From assembly GCA_949295995.1 (NCBI GenBank), contig CASFNK010000006.1:1124-65123 (forward strand): DNA of 64,000 nt, in the 5' to 3' direction. The notes beneath the pieces are model-generated. The model worked only from the letters and a program-made list of their open reading frames with translations. It ran no database searches and had not been told where the DNA came from. Made by a program: the position numbers and the translations under genes. Origin of the DNA: an uncultured Pseudomonadota bacterium (GTDB lineage: Bacteria; Pseudomonadota; Alphaproteobacteria; RF32; CAG-239). Shown one piece after another: positions 18,725-27,101 of this stretch; within the stretch, counting starts at the first letter, position 1; each line of letters starts with the position of its first letter.

Positions 18725-18877
18725 ACACGAGAGGACTCGAACCGGGAGGCTGGAGGCAAAAATTGCTCAAAGTAATGAGCAATTTTAACGACAGGTGAAG
18801 ATTTGTTAAATTGCGACTATGCAGTGAGGCATACCAAGCAATTGTTACAAATTAAACTCAGCGAAGTCCTCTTAGGC

Positions 18878-18910
18878 ACGCCATAGCTTTTCCAAGAGTT
18901 TCTTTTTTAT
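18878..18910 (+). repeat. 33-bp direct repeat, copy 2, preceded by a degenerate tRNA-Arg 3' fragment
   Basis: Identical 33-mer. The upstream AGTCCTCTtaggc resembles the tRNA segment AGTCCTCTcgggg. An inverted perfect copy of the tRNA T-arm segment GGTTCGAGTCCTCTCG (18673-18688) also lies at 18728-18743. Confidence 0.9.
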
Positions 18911-19608
18911 GTTTGAGGCACAAATGCTTTCCATAAAAGTGCAAATAGCGATATTTTTATATCGAATAGGGATAAGAAAAGTACTTCCATCATCTTATGT
19001 TAATCAAATAAAAATTAAAGAAAACCACGACCAATTGGTCGATATAAAGCCTCATAAAAGCTTTTTCTGGGGCGAGAATTTGCAAAACAAAGAGAAAGTT
19101 TTTTTTACGTGCAACGGTTTATCAAAAGCTCTGCGAATTAGAGAAGATTTTGCCCGAAAATTATCATTTTAAGATTTATTCGGCATATCGCTCACAAGTC
19201 GAACAGCAAGCACTTTGGAATAAGCGTTATCAAGAAATAGCTTCCCAAAATCCAACATTATCAGCGGCTGAGATGGAGCAAAGAACCAGACATTTTTGCG
19301 CCAACCCGCAAAGAGGTTTTGGCGGACACCAAACCGGTGGAGCAATAGATATTGGCCTGTGTCGCTCAGATGGCTCGGATTATGCTTTCGGCACCAAGCA
19401 ATCGGAAGTAAATCAAAAGACGCCCTCTCAAGCCACAAATCTCACCAAAGAAGAAAAACACAATCGCAAAATTTTATTTTCGGTTATGAAACGAGGCGGC
19501 TTTGTCAATTATCCGCAAGAATGGTGGCATTTTTCATACGGAGACAGACTCTGGGCAGCCTATAAACACAAAAAATATTGCATATACGGTCAAGCCACAG
19601 AAAATTAA
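18909..19608 (+). pseudogene. M15-family D-Ala-D-Ala dipeptidase/carboxypeptidase (VanX/VanY-like) split by a frameshift in a T8 run
   Basis: Two overlapping ORFs (18909-19172 and 19150-19608). The second frame is open from 19048. Removing one T from the T8 run at 19099-19106 joins them as ...KEKVFLRATVYQKLCELEKILPENYHFKIYSAYRSQVEQQALW.... Catalytic motifs GGHQTGGAIDI and QEWWHFSYGD are in the downstream part. Confidence 0.6.
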
Positions 19609-19609
19609 A

Positions 19610-20011
19610 TCACATTAATTTTTTGCCTTCTTTTTTGAGTTCTTGAGAACCCAAGGGGTCAAATTGGTAGTAATAAATCATTTCTCTTTGATTGATTCGA
19701 TTAGCGTCGATTGCCGCTTCAGGCACACCCCAAAGAATAGAAAAAGGCCAAGTAACAAAGTTTAATCCGCCATAAAGCCAGTGAGAGCTATCCGCTCCGT
19801 TTCCGGTAGCCAAATAGAAATTTCCGCCCCCAGGGAGAATGTTGAGCGCACCGGCCGCGACCGGATTAGCCGGACGAACAAAATTTCCGGCCAGTTTTTC
19901 GATTGTTACGCCTTGGCTTTGCAAATAGCGAATATTAATTTCTTCTTGTCGGGAGAGATTGGTACAACCGCAAAGCAAAATTAGAAAGATAAAAGATATT
20001 TTTTGGAACAT
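19610..20011 (-). CDS. hypothetical lipoprotein
   Basis: 133 aa with lipobox ILLCGC, followed by a hydrophobic Gly-rich segment. Confidence 0.6.
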   Translation of the reverse strand: MFQKISFIFLILLCGCTNLSRQEEINIRYLQSQGVTIEKLAGNFVRPANPVAAGALNILPGGGNFYLATGNGADSSHWLYGGLNFVTWPFSILWGVPEAAIDANRINQREMIYYYQFDPLGSQELKKEGKKLM

Positions 20012-20040
20012 GATTTCTTTTCTCCAAGGATATAAGTTAT

Positions 20041-20068
20041 AAAAAAGACCACCTCAGAGCAGGTGGTC
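20041..20068 (-). terminator. rho-independent terminator-like hairpin (minus-strand orientation)
   Basis: GACCACCT-cagagc-AGGTGGTC (20047-20068) preceded by A6 on the plus strand, which is a T6 tail on the minus strand. Confidence 0.55.
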
Positions 20069-20413
20069 GGAGAGTTCGAAAATCATATCATCTTAAATGA
20101 CTCTTTTAGCCTTTAGGGAAACCCTTGGACATACGCTAAAAGCTCCCCGACCCTAAGTCGGGGATATAATTACTAAAAGCCGAAATTCGACTTTGAGTTT
20201 ACGATGTTATATCCCAACACCGAAGATGATAAGAGCTTTCGACAGCTCCGCACCGAGTGCTAAGCAAAATGAGACATCTCACCTTGCCATGCACCAAAGT
20301 ATAAAGATTATTTTGCTAAAATCAATTTTTATTTGAGCGAAAATCATTGTCTTTTACCAAAAACAAAAAATCCGAAGAATAAATCTTCGGATTTTAACGT
20401 ATTTAGCGATATT

Positions 20414-21781
20414 CTAATCACCGGATTTAATTTTTTCAATCAATTCTTTAACCGACGGAATACCGTTTCGATACAACGGGTCGGTTGCAAAACGATAAAC
20501 CTGATGTCCGGCAAACAAAAGATTATCTTTGATGCTGCCATTATGTCCGACGTCATACAAAGTTTTGTGAATGCAATAAGATCTTGGGTCAGGAATTTTT
20601 CCGGTTGTACCGTTAGCTCTTGACCAAGTAGAGAATTGGCATTGAGACAAACAACCAACACATTCGGCTCTGTCTTTTTGCATTTGCTTCCACTCATCAG
20701 GGGTTAAAAAGACAACCGTGCTATCCGGAGTTTCTTTAATTTCGGTATAGCCGACACTAATTTGTCTTTCAGCCTTGCTGACATCTTCAGGTTTGATATA
20801 AACGGTTTTAATACTGCTCATCTCTAAGGGGTGAGAAAACTCGTTATCCGCTTCGGCTTTGAAGGCAATTTCACCGTCTTTGCGACGAATTAAATTTTCC
20901 AAGAAAGTGTTTTTAACTGCCGAAGAGAAGAACCCCGTTGGGCTAAATTTTTGCAAGATAACGTCGCCTTTTTTCAGTTGCAACATCAACTTTTTCCAAG
21001 CATCGCTGACGGGACTTTCTTTGGTAATCATAGGGCGTGTACCGAACTGGAAGGCGATTTTACCAATATCGGGATTATCAATATAATCTTCCCATTCTTT
21101 TAACGACCAAACCCCACCGGCTAAAATAATCGGAGTATCTTCCAAACCAAGGTTACGCAAAGTTTTTCTAAGTTCGACCAAGCGTTCATAAGGTCTTTGC
21201 GGTTTGTTTGGGTCTTCCGCATTTGACAAGCCGTTATGGCCACCGGCAAGCCATGGGTCTTCATAAACCACGCCGCCCAAAAATTCCTTAAAGTTGGAAT
21301 AAGCGCGTTTCCACAAAACTTGAAAAGCTCTTGCCGAAGAAACAATCGGATAATAGTAAACCCCGAATTTAGAGGCTAGTTCGCCCAAATGATAAGGCAA
21401 TCCGGCACCGCAGGTAACGCCATGAATCAAACCCTTAGCTCTTTCCAAAACACCGGTTAAAATCTTTTCGGAATCAGCCATTTCCCAAAGCATATTCATG
21501 TGAATACGACCGTTTCCGTTAGAAATCTCGTGTGCGATTTGAGCTTGAGCCACGCCGCCTTTAATGGCATATTCAATCATTTGCTCATGTCTGTCAGCGC
21601 GTTTTTTCTGAAAAATTCGTTCAATAACGACCTTTCCGTTTTCATCATAAAAATCGGGACTGACACCGGAGAACGTACCAACGCAATTCTCATGCGCCCA
21701 AGCGCCGCAACTACGACCATCACTGGCATTAATACCTTTTCCGCCTTCAATCAGAGGGAAAACCTCTTTACCTGAAATCAT
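20414..21781 (-). CDS. nitronate monooxygenase (2-nitropropane dioxygenase, NPD) family flavoprotein, long form
   Basis: TIM-barrel NPD-like segments (PLIEGGKGINASDG..., GVTCGAGLPYHLGE, PIILAGGVWS). Start moved to the ATG at 21781 (MISGKEVFPLIEGG); the upstream 35 codons look non-coding. Confidence 0.7.
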   Translation of the reverse strand: MISGKEVFPLIEGGKGINASDGRSCGAWAHENCVGTFSGVSPDFYDENGKVVIERIFQKKRADRHEQMIEYAIKGGVAQAQIAHEISNGNGRIHMNMLWEMADSEKILTGVLERAKGLIHGVTCGAGLPYHLGELASKFGVYYYPIVSSARAFQVLWKRAYSNFKEFLGGVVYEDPWLAGGHNGLSNAEDPNKPQRPYERLVELRKTLRNLGLEDTPIILAGGVWSLKEWEDYIDNPDIGKIAFQFGTRPMITKESPVSDAWKKLMLQLKKGDVILQKFSPTGFFSSAVKNTFLENLIRRKDGEIAFKAEADNEFSHPLEMSSIKTVYIKPEDVSKAERQISVGYTEIKETPDSTVVFLTPDEWKQMQKDRAECVGCLSQCQFSTWSRANGTTGKIPDPRSYCIHKTLYDVGHNGSIKDNLLFAGHQVYRFATDPLYRNGIPSVKELIEKIKSGD

Positions 21782-21907
21782 AATGGGATTTAACTTAAAC
21801 AACCTTTTATTCCTTAAAAATTTCACTTTTTTAACTCTATAACACAAAAATTTTATTTTGTGGAGAAAAATCTCAAAACAATTCATTTTTGTGAGAAAAA
21901 TTTTTGC

Positions 21908-23374
21908 TTATAAAGCCAAGCTGAAAATTCCCTCGGGTAAATTATTCAAAGAGACCAAAACAATCAAAATGCAAATAAAAGCATAGACCTGTAACATTTG
22001 TGTAAGTGCTTTGTTTTGCAATAATGGAAATTTGGGTCCCAAGAGATGTAGTGCGCTGTTAATTCCCAACATAAGAAAAGTCGTAACAATTGCCTGAATA
22101 CCAAGCCCCATTGCTCGAATATTTTTTTCAACCGGCTCTAACATTGGGTAGAGAAGAGCAAAAAAGAGCAAATAAACCGCAATTCCACCGGCAGCAATCC
22201 GATTGAGCTTGTGATTGAGCTGTATTTTTTCGGCTTTATCTTTTTGTAAATGTTCAACCGACAGGGTCGAGATTTCCATTCCTCGAACCATTTGCGGTGT
22301 TTGGGCTTGTTTTTTGACGGTATTGAGCGTTCCCCTAAATTTTTCTTCGGCTACGCACAATCCGCACCCTTTTGCCGTAAAATAGAAGTGGTTGGGATTT
22401 TTTTTGCAAGGTTTGAGGGTGTGCATTAATCCCCATAAATGCTCTTGCCATTCTTTTGCGGTGGGACGAGCCTCGTCTTTAACAAAAGCTCGCTCGAACA
22501 ATTCCAAAGTTTTTTTATCAAAATATTCGTGAATAGAGTAAGGGTGGGGTGCTTGATAAGTGTCCGGCCATAATCCGTAAGCATAGTGATATTCTTCGAT
22601 TCGGTTTTGAATAGTGAGCATTTTCTCATCATTTTTGCGAGGAATTCCGGAGAAAGGATGAATACCGTTATTAAGCAATTTGAAAATAATGACCGCTAAA
22701 GCAAATTTATCTTGCTCTTCGCCCATTTCATCACAGCCTAAATCCATTCCTTCGGGGTAGATATACTCTTCACTGACGAACTCAGCTGGATATCGATTAT
22801 TATTTTCGCCTCTAATAGAAAAGCCGTCGCAATCCACCATAGCCACTGTCATAGTATCTCTATAGACGGATACGTTTGAAGGCTTTAAATCCACAATATA
22901 GTGTCCGCATTTGTGCATTGCGGCCACCATTGCCGCAACATTATATGCGGCAAATACGCGGTAAGCATATTTTTCGGGCAAACCCAATTTGGAGCGAATT
23001 GCTTTTTGCATAAGGTGGTCTAAGGAGACCGCCTCACTCATGTTAATCATTGGCATAAGGTAACCGACGCAAAACCCGTTTTCGTCTTCCAAAATAGCGT
23101 CAGGCCAAGCAATTTGAACGCGTTCCAAGCCGTTTTCATCTTTGGTTATTCTTGGAAAATTTGGACGGTTTAGAAGCATTGCCTCTAATTTTTTGCGGTT
23201 TGTAGAGCTTTTGTTGCGGTTGTGAAAGATTTTAGCCACGCTTCCGGGATGTGAAGCATCTAAATAAATTTTTCCGGCGGCACCACCTTTATTAATAAGC
23301 TCGCCGAGTTGAACTTTCTCAAAATGACCGTCTCCGTAAATGGCGTTATAAATCAAAGAACTATCACTATCCAT
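21908..23374 (-). CDS. Ser/Thr protein kinase-like protein with a C-terminal membrane domain
   Basis: Gly-rich loop GGAAGKIY, lysine VAKIF, catalytic loop IVDLKPSNVSV, DFG-like DCDGF. About 4 C-terminal TM helices. Start taken at the ATG at 23374, which overlaps the upstream stop (TAATG). Confidence 0.75.
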   Translation of the reverse strand: MDSDSSLIYNAIYGDGHFEKVQLGELINKGGAAGKIYLDASHPGSVAKIFHNRNKSSTNRKKLEAMLLNRPNFPRITKDENGLERVQIAWPDAILEDENGFCVGYLMPMINMSEAVSLDHLMQKAIRSKLGLPEKYAYRVFAAYNVAAMVAAMHKCGHYIVDLKPSNVSVYRDTMTVAMVDCDGFSIRGENNNRYPAEFVSEEYIYPEGMDLGCDEMGEEQDKFALAVIIFKLLNNGIHPFSGIPRKNDEKMLTIQNRIEEYHYAYGLWPDTYQAPHPYSIHEYFDKKTLELFERAFVKDEARPTAKEWQEHLWGLMHTLKPCKKNPNHFYFTAKGCGLCVAEEKFRGTLNTVKKQAQTPQMVRGMEISTLSVEHLQKDKAEKIQLNHKLNRIAAGGIAVYLLFFALLYPMLEPVEKNIRAMGLGIQAIVTTFLMLGINSALHLLGPKFPLLQNKALTQMLQVYAFICILIVLVSLNNLPEGIFSLAL

Positions 23375-24117
23375 TACAGTTTCACCCACAATAAAGTTTT
23401 ATCATCGGAGTTGAGCTTGCGAGCCTTGGCATTATTGAGTGTATTTTCCAAGGCTTTTTTGGCTTTTCGTTTATTGGTAGCGTTACTCAAAAAGGTATCA
23501 ATCGGCACAATAAAATTTTTCTCAATATGGCTGTAGTCTTTCGAAAAAGAAAAATTCGTGAGACCATCGCTCATCAAAAACAGGGTGTGCGCCTTGTCAA
23601 AACTGGTAAAACGAAGACTATCTTTCCAATCATCCATGGTATAAAAATAGGTTTCGCAAGAAAAATGACCGTTTTCTGGGCGAGAAGCTGTAAAATGCTC
23701 AAAATTATCCTGATGAAAAGCTAAAGCCGCTCCGTCTCCGATATGAAAAAACAATCCCTTATTTCTACAATAAATAACCCCCACCAGAGTTGCGGCAAAA
23801 TCTACAAGTCCGGCTTCGTTTTTAGTCTTGTTAAGACGATGCCTGAGCAATTTATTCCGTGCAATCATAATTGCTTTAACAACGGCTTCTTTCGCATTGC
23901 TGAAATCAGCATTAGGGAGCAAGTCTGTTAGGGTATTGCAAATGACTTTTGCACCGATTTTCCCGTATTTTGAAGAGCCTGCGCCGTCAGACACCACAGC
24001 CACAAAATTTTTGCCCTCAAGGCTATACTTACAGTAATCTTGGCAAGGCATATTTTTAGCCGTATGCATAGGTCCCGTCAAACTTGTAGCCAAAACACGA
24101 ATGTTAGTTGTCTTCAT
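23374..24117 (-). CDS. PP2C-family protein phosphatase
   Basis: Motifs CQDY..., VVSDGAGSSKYG, FLMSDGL. Start taken at the ATG at 24117 (MKTTNIRVLA), overlapping the vWA gene by 14 nt. Confidence 0.7.
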   Translation of the reverse strand: MKTTNIRVLATSLTGPMHTAKNMPCQDYCKYSLEGKNFVAVVSDGAGSSKYGKIGAKVICNTLTDLLPNADFSNAKEAVVKAIMIARNKLLRHRLNKTKNEAGLVDFAATLVGVIYCRNKGLFFHIGDGAALAFHQDNFEHFTASRPENGHFSCETYFYTMDDWKDSLRFTSFDKAHTLFLMSDGLTNFSFSKDYSHIEKNFIVPIDTFLSNATNKRKAKKALENTLNNAKARKLNSDDKTLLWVKL

Positions 24118-24793
24118 CCCAATCTCCGGTGTCTTCCAACAAGTCTGGAACATTCGGAGCGGCCTTGGAAATACAAGACACACTTCTGCTGAGCCACAAG
24201 AAAAATTCGGTAAATTTTAATCCGGTTAGGCGTTTAGGAGCCATTAAAGAAAATTTAGCTAATTTTTCCAAGTTAGCACCTTGGGTTCCGACGGCATGAA
24301 TCACAACTTTTTTATTTTGTTGTGCATAGCGGCATTTTTCAGCCACAATTTCCCAATCATAATCAGTAGGCTCGCCATCGCTGATTAAGAATATCCAAGG
24401 TCTTTTAGAGGTAATACCGCAACTATCATAAAGACATTTTTGCTCTTCAATTTTTTGCAAAGCGAGTTCCATAGCTTTACCAAGAGGCGTTAGACCGCCG
24501 GCTTCCATGGTAGGTGCGGTAAAATTCATGGCATCAATCCAATCTGATGAAATGACGGCTTCATCTTTTCCGAAAGCCTTAATAATCAAGAGTTGCACGC
24601 GAGAGCTGGCGTCAATATCCTCTTTGAGTTCTTTTTCGAGAGCTTTTAGACCGGCATTAAGTTGCTTAATCGGCTCGCCGCGCATGGAACCCGAACAGTC
24701 CAAAACCAGTACGCAAGGTGTACGTTCATTTGCATTATCTGCAAACTCAACGTAAGGAATCATCTCATCAACAAATTGATTATCATCAGCCAT
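24104..24793 (-). CDS. von Willebrand factor type A (TerY-like) protein
   Basis: MIDAS motif VLVLDCSGSM, ...GGLTPLG..., FLISDGEPTD. Strong RBS AAGGAG upstream. Confidence 0.8.
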   Translation of the reverse strand: MADDNQFVDEMIPYVEFADNANERTPCVLVLDCSGSMRGEPIKQLNAGLKALEKELKEDIDASSRVQLLIIKAFGKDEAVISSDWIDAMNFTAPTMEAGGLTPLGKAMELALQKIEEQKCLYDSCGITSKRPWIFLISDGEPTDYDWEIVAEKCRYAQQNKKVVIHAVGTQGANLEKLAKFSLMAPKRLTGLKFTEFFLWLSRSVSCISKAAPNVPDLLEDTGDWDEDN

Positions 24794-24807
24794 AATATAA
24801 CTCCTTT

Positions 24808-24942
24808 TTAAGAACGGGGATATTTATGCGGATATCCACTTCCCTCAAAAGGTTCTGGGTTAGATACTTTACCGCAACCGCTCAGCTGTAATACAAAAAA
24901 GGCCAAGAGTAAAATAGAGATTAATTTGCAAAAATTTTTCAT
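24808..24942 (-). CDS. small lipoprotein (44 aa)
   Basis: Below the ORF-track cutoff. Product reads MKNFCKLISILLLAFFVLQLSGCGKVSNPEPFEGSGYPHKYPRS with lipobox LSGC. Its stop lies 14 nt upstream of the vWA start. Confidence 0.45.
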   Translation of the reverse strand: MKNFCKLISILLLAFFVLQLSGCGKVSNPEPFEGSGYPHKYPRS

Positions 24943-25038
24943 TTTTTAACCTTTTTGTTGTCAAATAAGAAATTATATAAATATATACTCTCAAACAAAG
25001 TGAAATACAAAAACTAAAACTCAGTTATTAATAGGCAG

Positions 25039-25578
25039 ATGGCAAAAAAGTTACTATATATAATTTTTTCTGTTTTTGCTCTGAGCGGTTGGGGTAATCC
25101 CGAACCGGTCAACATCTACCCTGAGCCGAGAGCATTGCCGGATAGAGAGATGTACCACTACACCGAAGATGGCGAAGCCTACAAATTATCGGATTTTGCG
25201 GAACAATTTGTAATCGCCAATTTTTGGTCCAGACATTGTAGCCCCTGTATAAGAGAGCTTGATGATTTAAATGAGTTTAGTAAAAAAGTGAGCGAAAACG
25301 GGATTAAGGTTGTGATTATATCCCCAGCAAGTGAGTGGACGGGAATAGAAGAACAACAAAAATTTTTGGAACGTTTTCATGCTCAAGATTTAGATTTTTA
25401 TGTTGATAAAAAAGGCGATTTGTCAGCCGATTTAGGAATTTTCACATCACCCAATACGGTATTGGTCAATAAAGGCAAAGAAATCGGACGAATTCGCGGC
25501 GCTGCCGATTGGGATGATGATGACGTGATAGAATATATTTACAAAATCAAAGCACAACAAAACAAGAAAGAAGATTAA
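25039..25578 (+). CDS. TlpA-like periplasmic thiol:disulfide oxidoreductase (redoxin family)
   Basis: Signal peptide, thioredoxin fold with CxxC (FWSRHCSPCIREL). Confidence 0.8.
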   Translation: MAKKLLYIIFSVFALSGWGNPEPVNIYPEPRALPDREMYHYTEDGEAYKLSDFAEQFVIANFWSRHCSPCIRELDDLNEFSKKVSENGIKVVIISPASEWTGIEEQQKFLERFHAQDLDFYVDKKGDLSADLGIFTSPNTVLVNKGKEIGRIRGAADWDDDDVIEYIYKIKAQQNKKED

Positions 25579-26010
25579 ATGACTGAAAAAATATATATCA
25601 GTTGGGAAGAATTTCACCAACACGCCAAGCAATTAGCCGTAAAATTAAAGGACAGCGGTCAATGGAATAAAATAGTTGCGGTGAGTCGCGGAGGTTTATT
25701 GCCGGCAGGAATTTTGGCTTATGAATTGGATATCCGCAATGTTGAAGTAGTAAATATGAGTTCCTATGACGGCGATAAGCAGCGTTCTCAAAGCGACATA
25801 GATATCAAAAGTTTTGTAGGAGAGGTAGATGAGCATACCCTTGTGATTGATGATTTATCCGACACGGGCAATACCTTTCGTCTCTTGAGACAAGAATTTC
25901 CTAAAGCTCATTTTGCCGCTGTTTATGCAAAGTCAAAAGGAAAAGTATTGGTTGATTTTTATGTATCAGAAATGCCCGATAAATGGATAGTATTTCCTTG
26001 GGATTTATAA
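25579..26010 (+). CDS. gpt: xanthine-guanine phosphoribosyltransferase
   Basis: Colinear with E. coli Gpt as I remember it: ISWEEFHQHAKQLA..., AVSRGGLLPAGILAYEL, PRPP loop VIDDLSDTGNT, end WIVFPWD. Confidence 0.85.
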   Translation: MTEKIYISWEEFHQHAKQLAVKLKDSGQWNKIVAVSRGGLLPAGILAYELDIRNVEVVNMSSYDGDKQRSQSDIDIKSFVGEVDEHTLVIDDLSDTGNTFRLLRQEFPKAHFAAVYAKSKGKVLVDFYVSEMPDKWIVFPWDL

Positions 26011-26040
26011 AATAAGCTCCGTTAAGGAGCTTATTTTATG
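26011..26040. terminator. bidirectional rho-independent terminator
   Basis: Perfect 10-bp hairpin AATAAGCTCC-gttaa-GGAGCTTATT (26011-26035) between the convergent gpt and PilT-like genes. Confidence 0.75.
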
Positions 26041-26041
26041 G

Positions 26042-27004
26042 CTATAATTCAGGGAAAATATTTTTTCCTCGACTCATACGCGTCATTTGCGTTTCAATAG
26101 AAGTCCCTAAATTGAGTTTACCTCCTTTAATAATACCACGAACTTGGTCGCCCTTAGTTGAATCTGGATTAGCAAACAAATAACTGACCAAGGGTTTTTT
26201 CTCTTTAACACCAATGAGTGTTTGATGCAAAACGCCGAGCATACCGCGAGAAAATAAGTCGTAAGCGAGTTCTTCGCTCATGGATGTAGATGAAGCATAC
26301 TTAACCACTGAGTTAATGGCATCAGTAATATTATTGGCGTGAATAGTTGATAAAACTAAGTGTCCGGAGGTAGCTGCACGTAAAACTTCACTTGCTGTAT
26401 CTGGCGTACGAATCTCACCAACCAAAATAAAACGAGGTTTAGAACGCAAAGCTGATTTCAAGCCTTCACCCCACATTCCGTTTGGCGGAAGAGTTTGTTT
26501 ACAGAGACCCAAACCACCGGCGATGGAATGATAAACACCATCTAAAGGCATTTCAGTCGGATCTTCGATTGTGTAAGCAAAGCCACCTTCCATAGTTAAA
26601 AATTCTTTTAACAAACTGGAAATGGTTGTCGTTTTACCGGCCCCCGTTGGTCCGCCACAAAGGATTAATCCGGAAGCATTGCTAAGAGATAATAAATATT
26701 TTGTTAATTCAGTAGGATATCCTAAACTGCTAAAAGGAGGAACTTGTTTAGGCATTTTACGTGCGCAATATTGTATTCCGTAAATAGAAACAGTTCTTTC
26801 AACACGATAAAAGACGTTATCAAAAACGATAGAATAACTGGGATTTGAACCGTCCCAAGATTGTTCAAGTAATTCAAAAAAATCTGCAAAATCGTCAGCT
26901 TTTAAAACTTCCAAACCATTAGGTGTAACATTATCGGGAATATAAGCTACTTTTTCTGGAGTTATATAAATATCTGAAAATAAAACTTCACTGAGTTTAA
27001 CCAT
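26042..27004 (-). CDS. PilT/DotB-family hexameric secretion ATPase (last gene of the type IVb pilus operon)
   Basis: Walker A GGPTGAGKTT, Asp box TIEDPTEMP, Walker B FILVGEIRT, His box GHLVLSTIHA. 320 aa. Confidence 0.8.
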   Translation of the reverse strand: MVKLSEVLFSDIYITPEKVAYIPDNVTPNGLEVLKADDFADFFELLEQSWDGSNPSYSIVFDNVFYRVERTVSIYGIQYCARKMPKQVPPFSSLGYPTELTKYLLSLSNASGLILCGGPTGAGKTTTISSLLKEFLTMEGGFAYTIEDPTEMPLDGVYHSIAGGLGLCKQTLPPNGMWGEGLKSALRSKPRFILVGEIRTPDTASEVLRAATSGHLVLSTIHANNITDAINSVVKYASSTSMSEELAYDLFSRGMLGVLHQTLIGVKEKKPLVSYLFANPDSTKGDQVRGIIKGGKLNLGTSIETQMTRMSRGKNIFPEL

Positions 27005-27101
27005 TATGCCCTCTTAAATCAACGGAACTTCTTAAAACTATAATCGACAGTTTATCATAAAAAAGAATAATATTTGTTTAATCTTTTATGACAAATTTTG
27101 A

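Noticed and set aside
18471-18782. 103-aa minus-strand ORF spanning the end of the M20 peptidase gene and tRNA-Arg
   Set aside because: It is translated across a tRNA gene (the GLEPPTHSLGN-type peptide is the usual tRNA read-through artefact) and overlaps a well-supported CDS.
20041-20330. Possible tmRNA, SRP RNA, 6S or RNase P RNA in the long intergenic region
   Set aside because: I looked on both strands for tRNA-like T-arm/ACCA ends with a paired GGGG 5' end, a tag ORF, the SRP GGAA/AGCA motif and the RNase P GAGGAAAGTCC box. A TTCGAAC element lacks a pairing T-stem and none of the consensus boxes is present. I kept it only as a generic sRNA candidate.
18911-26010. Treating everything from tRNA-Arg to the pilus operon as one tRNA-integrated genomic island continuous with the T4SS region
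   Set aside because: The interval contains ordinary-looking core genes (gpt, tlpA-like redoxin, nitronate monooxygenase). There is no integrase, and the duplicated tRNA end is only ~190 bp from the tRNA. This is unresolved without flanking sequence and comparative data.
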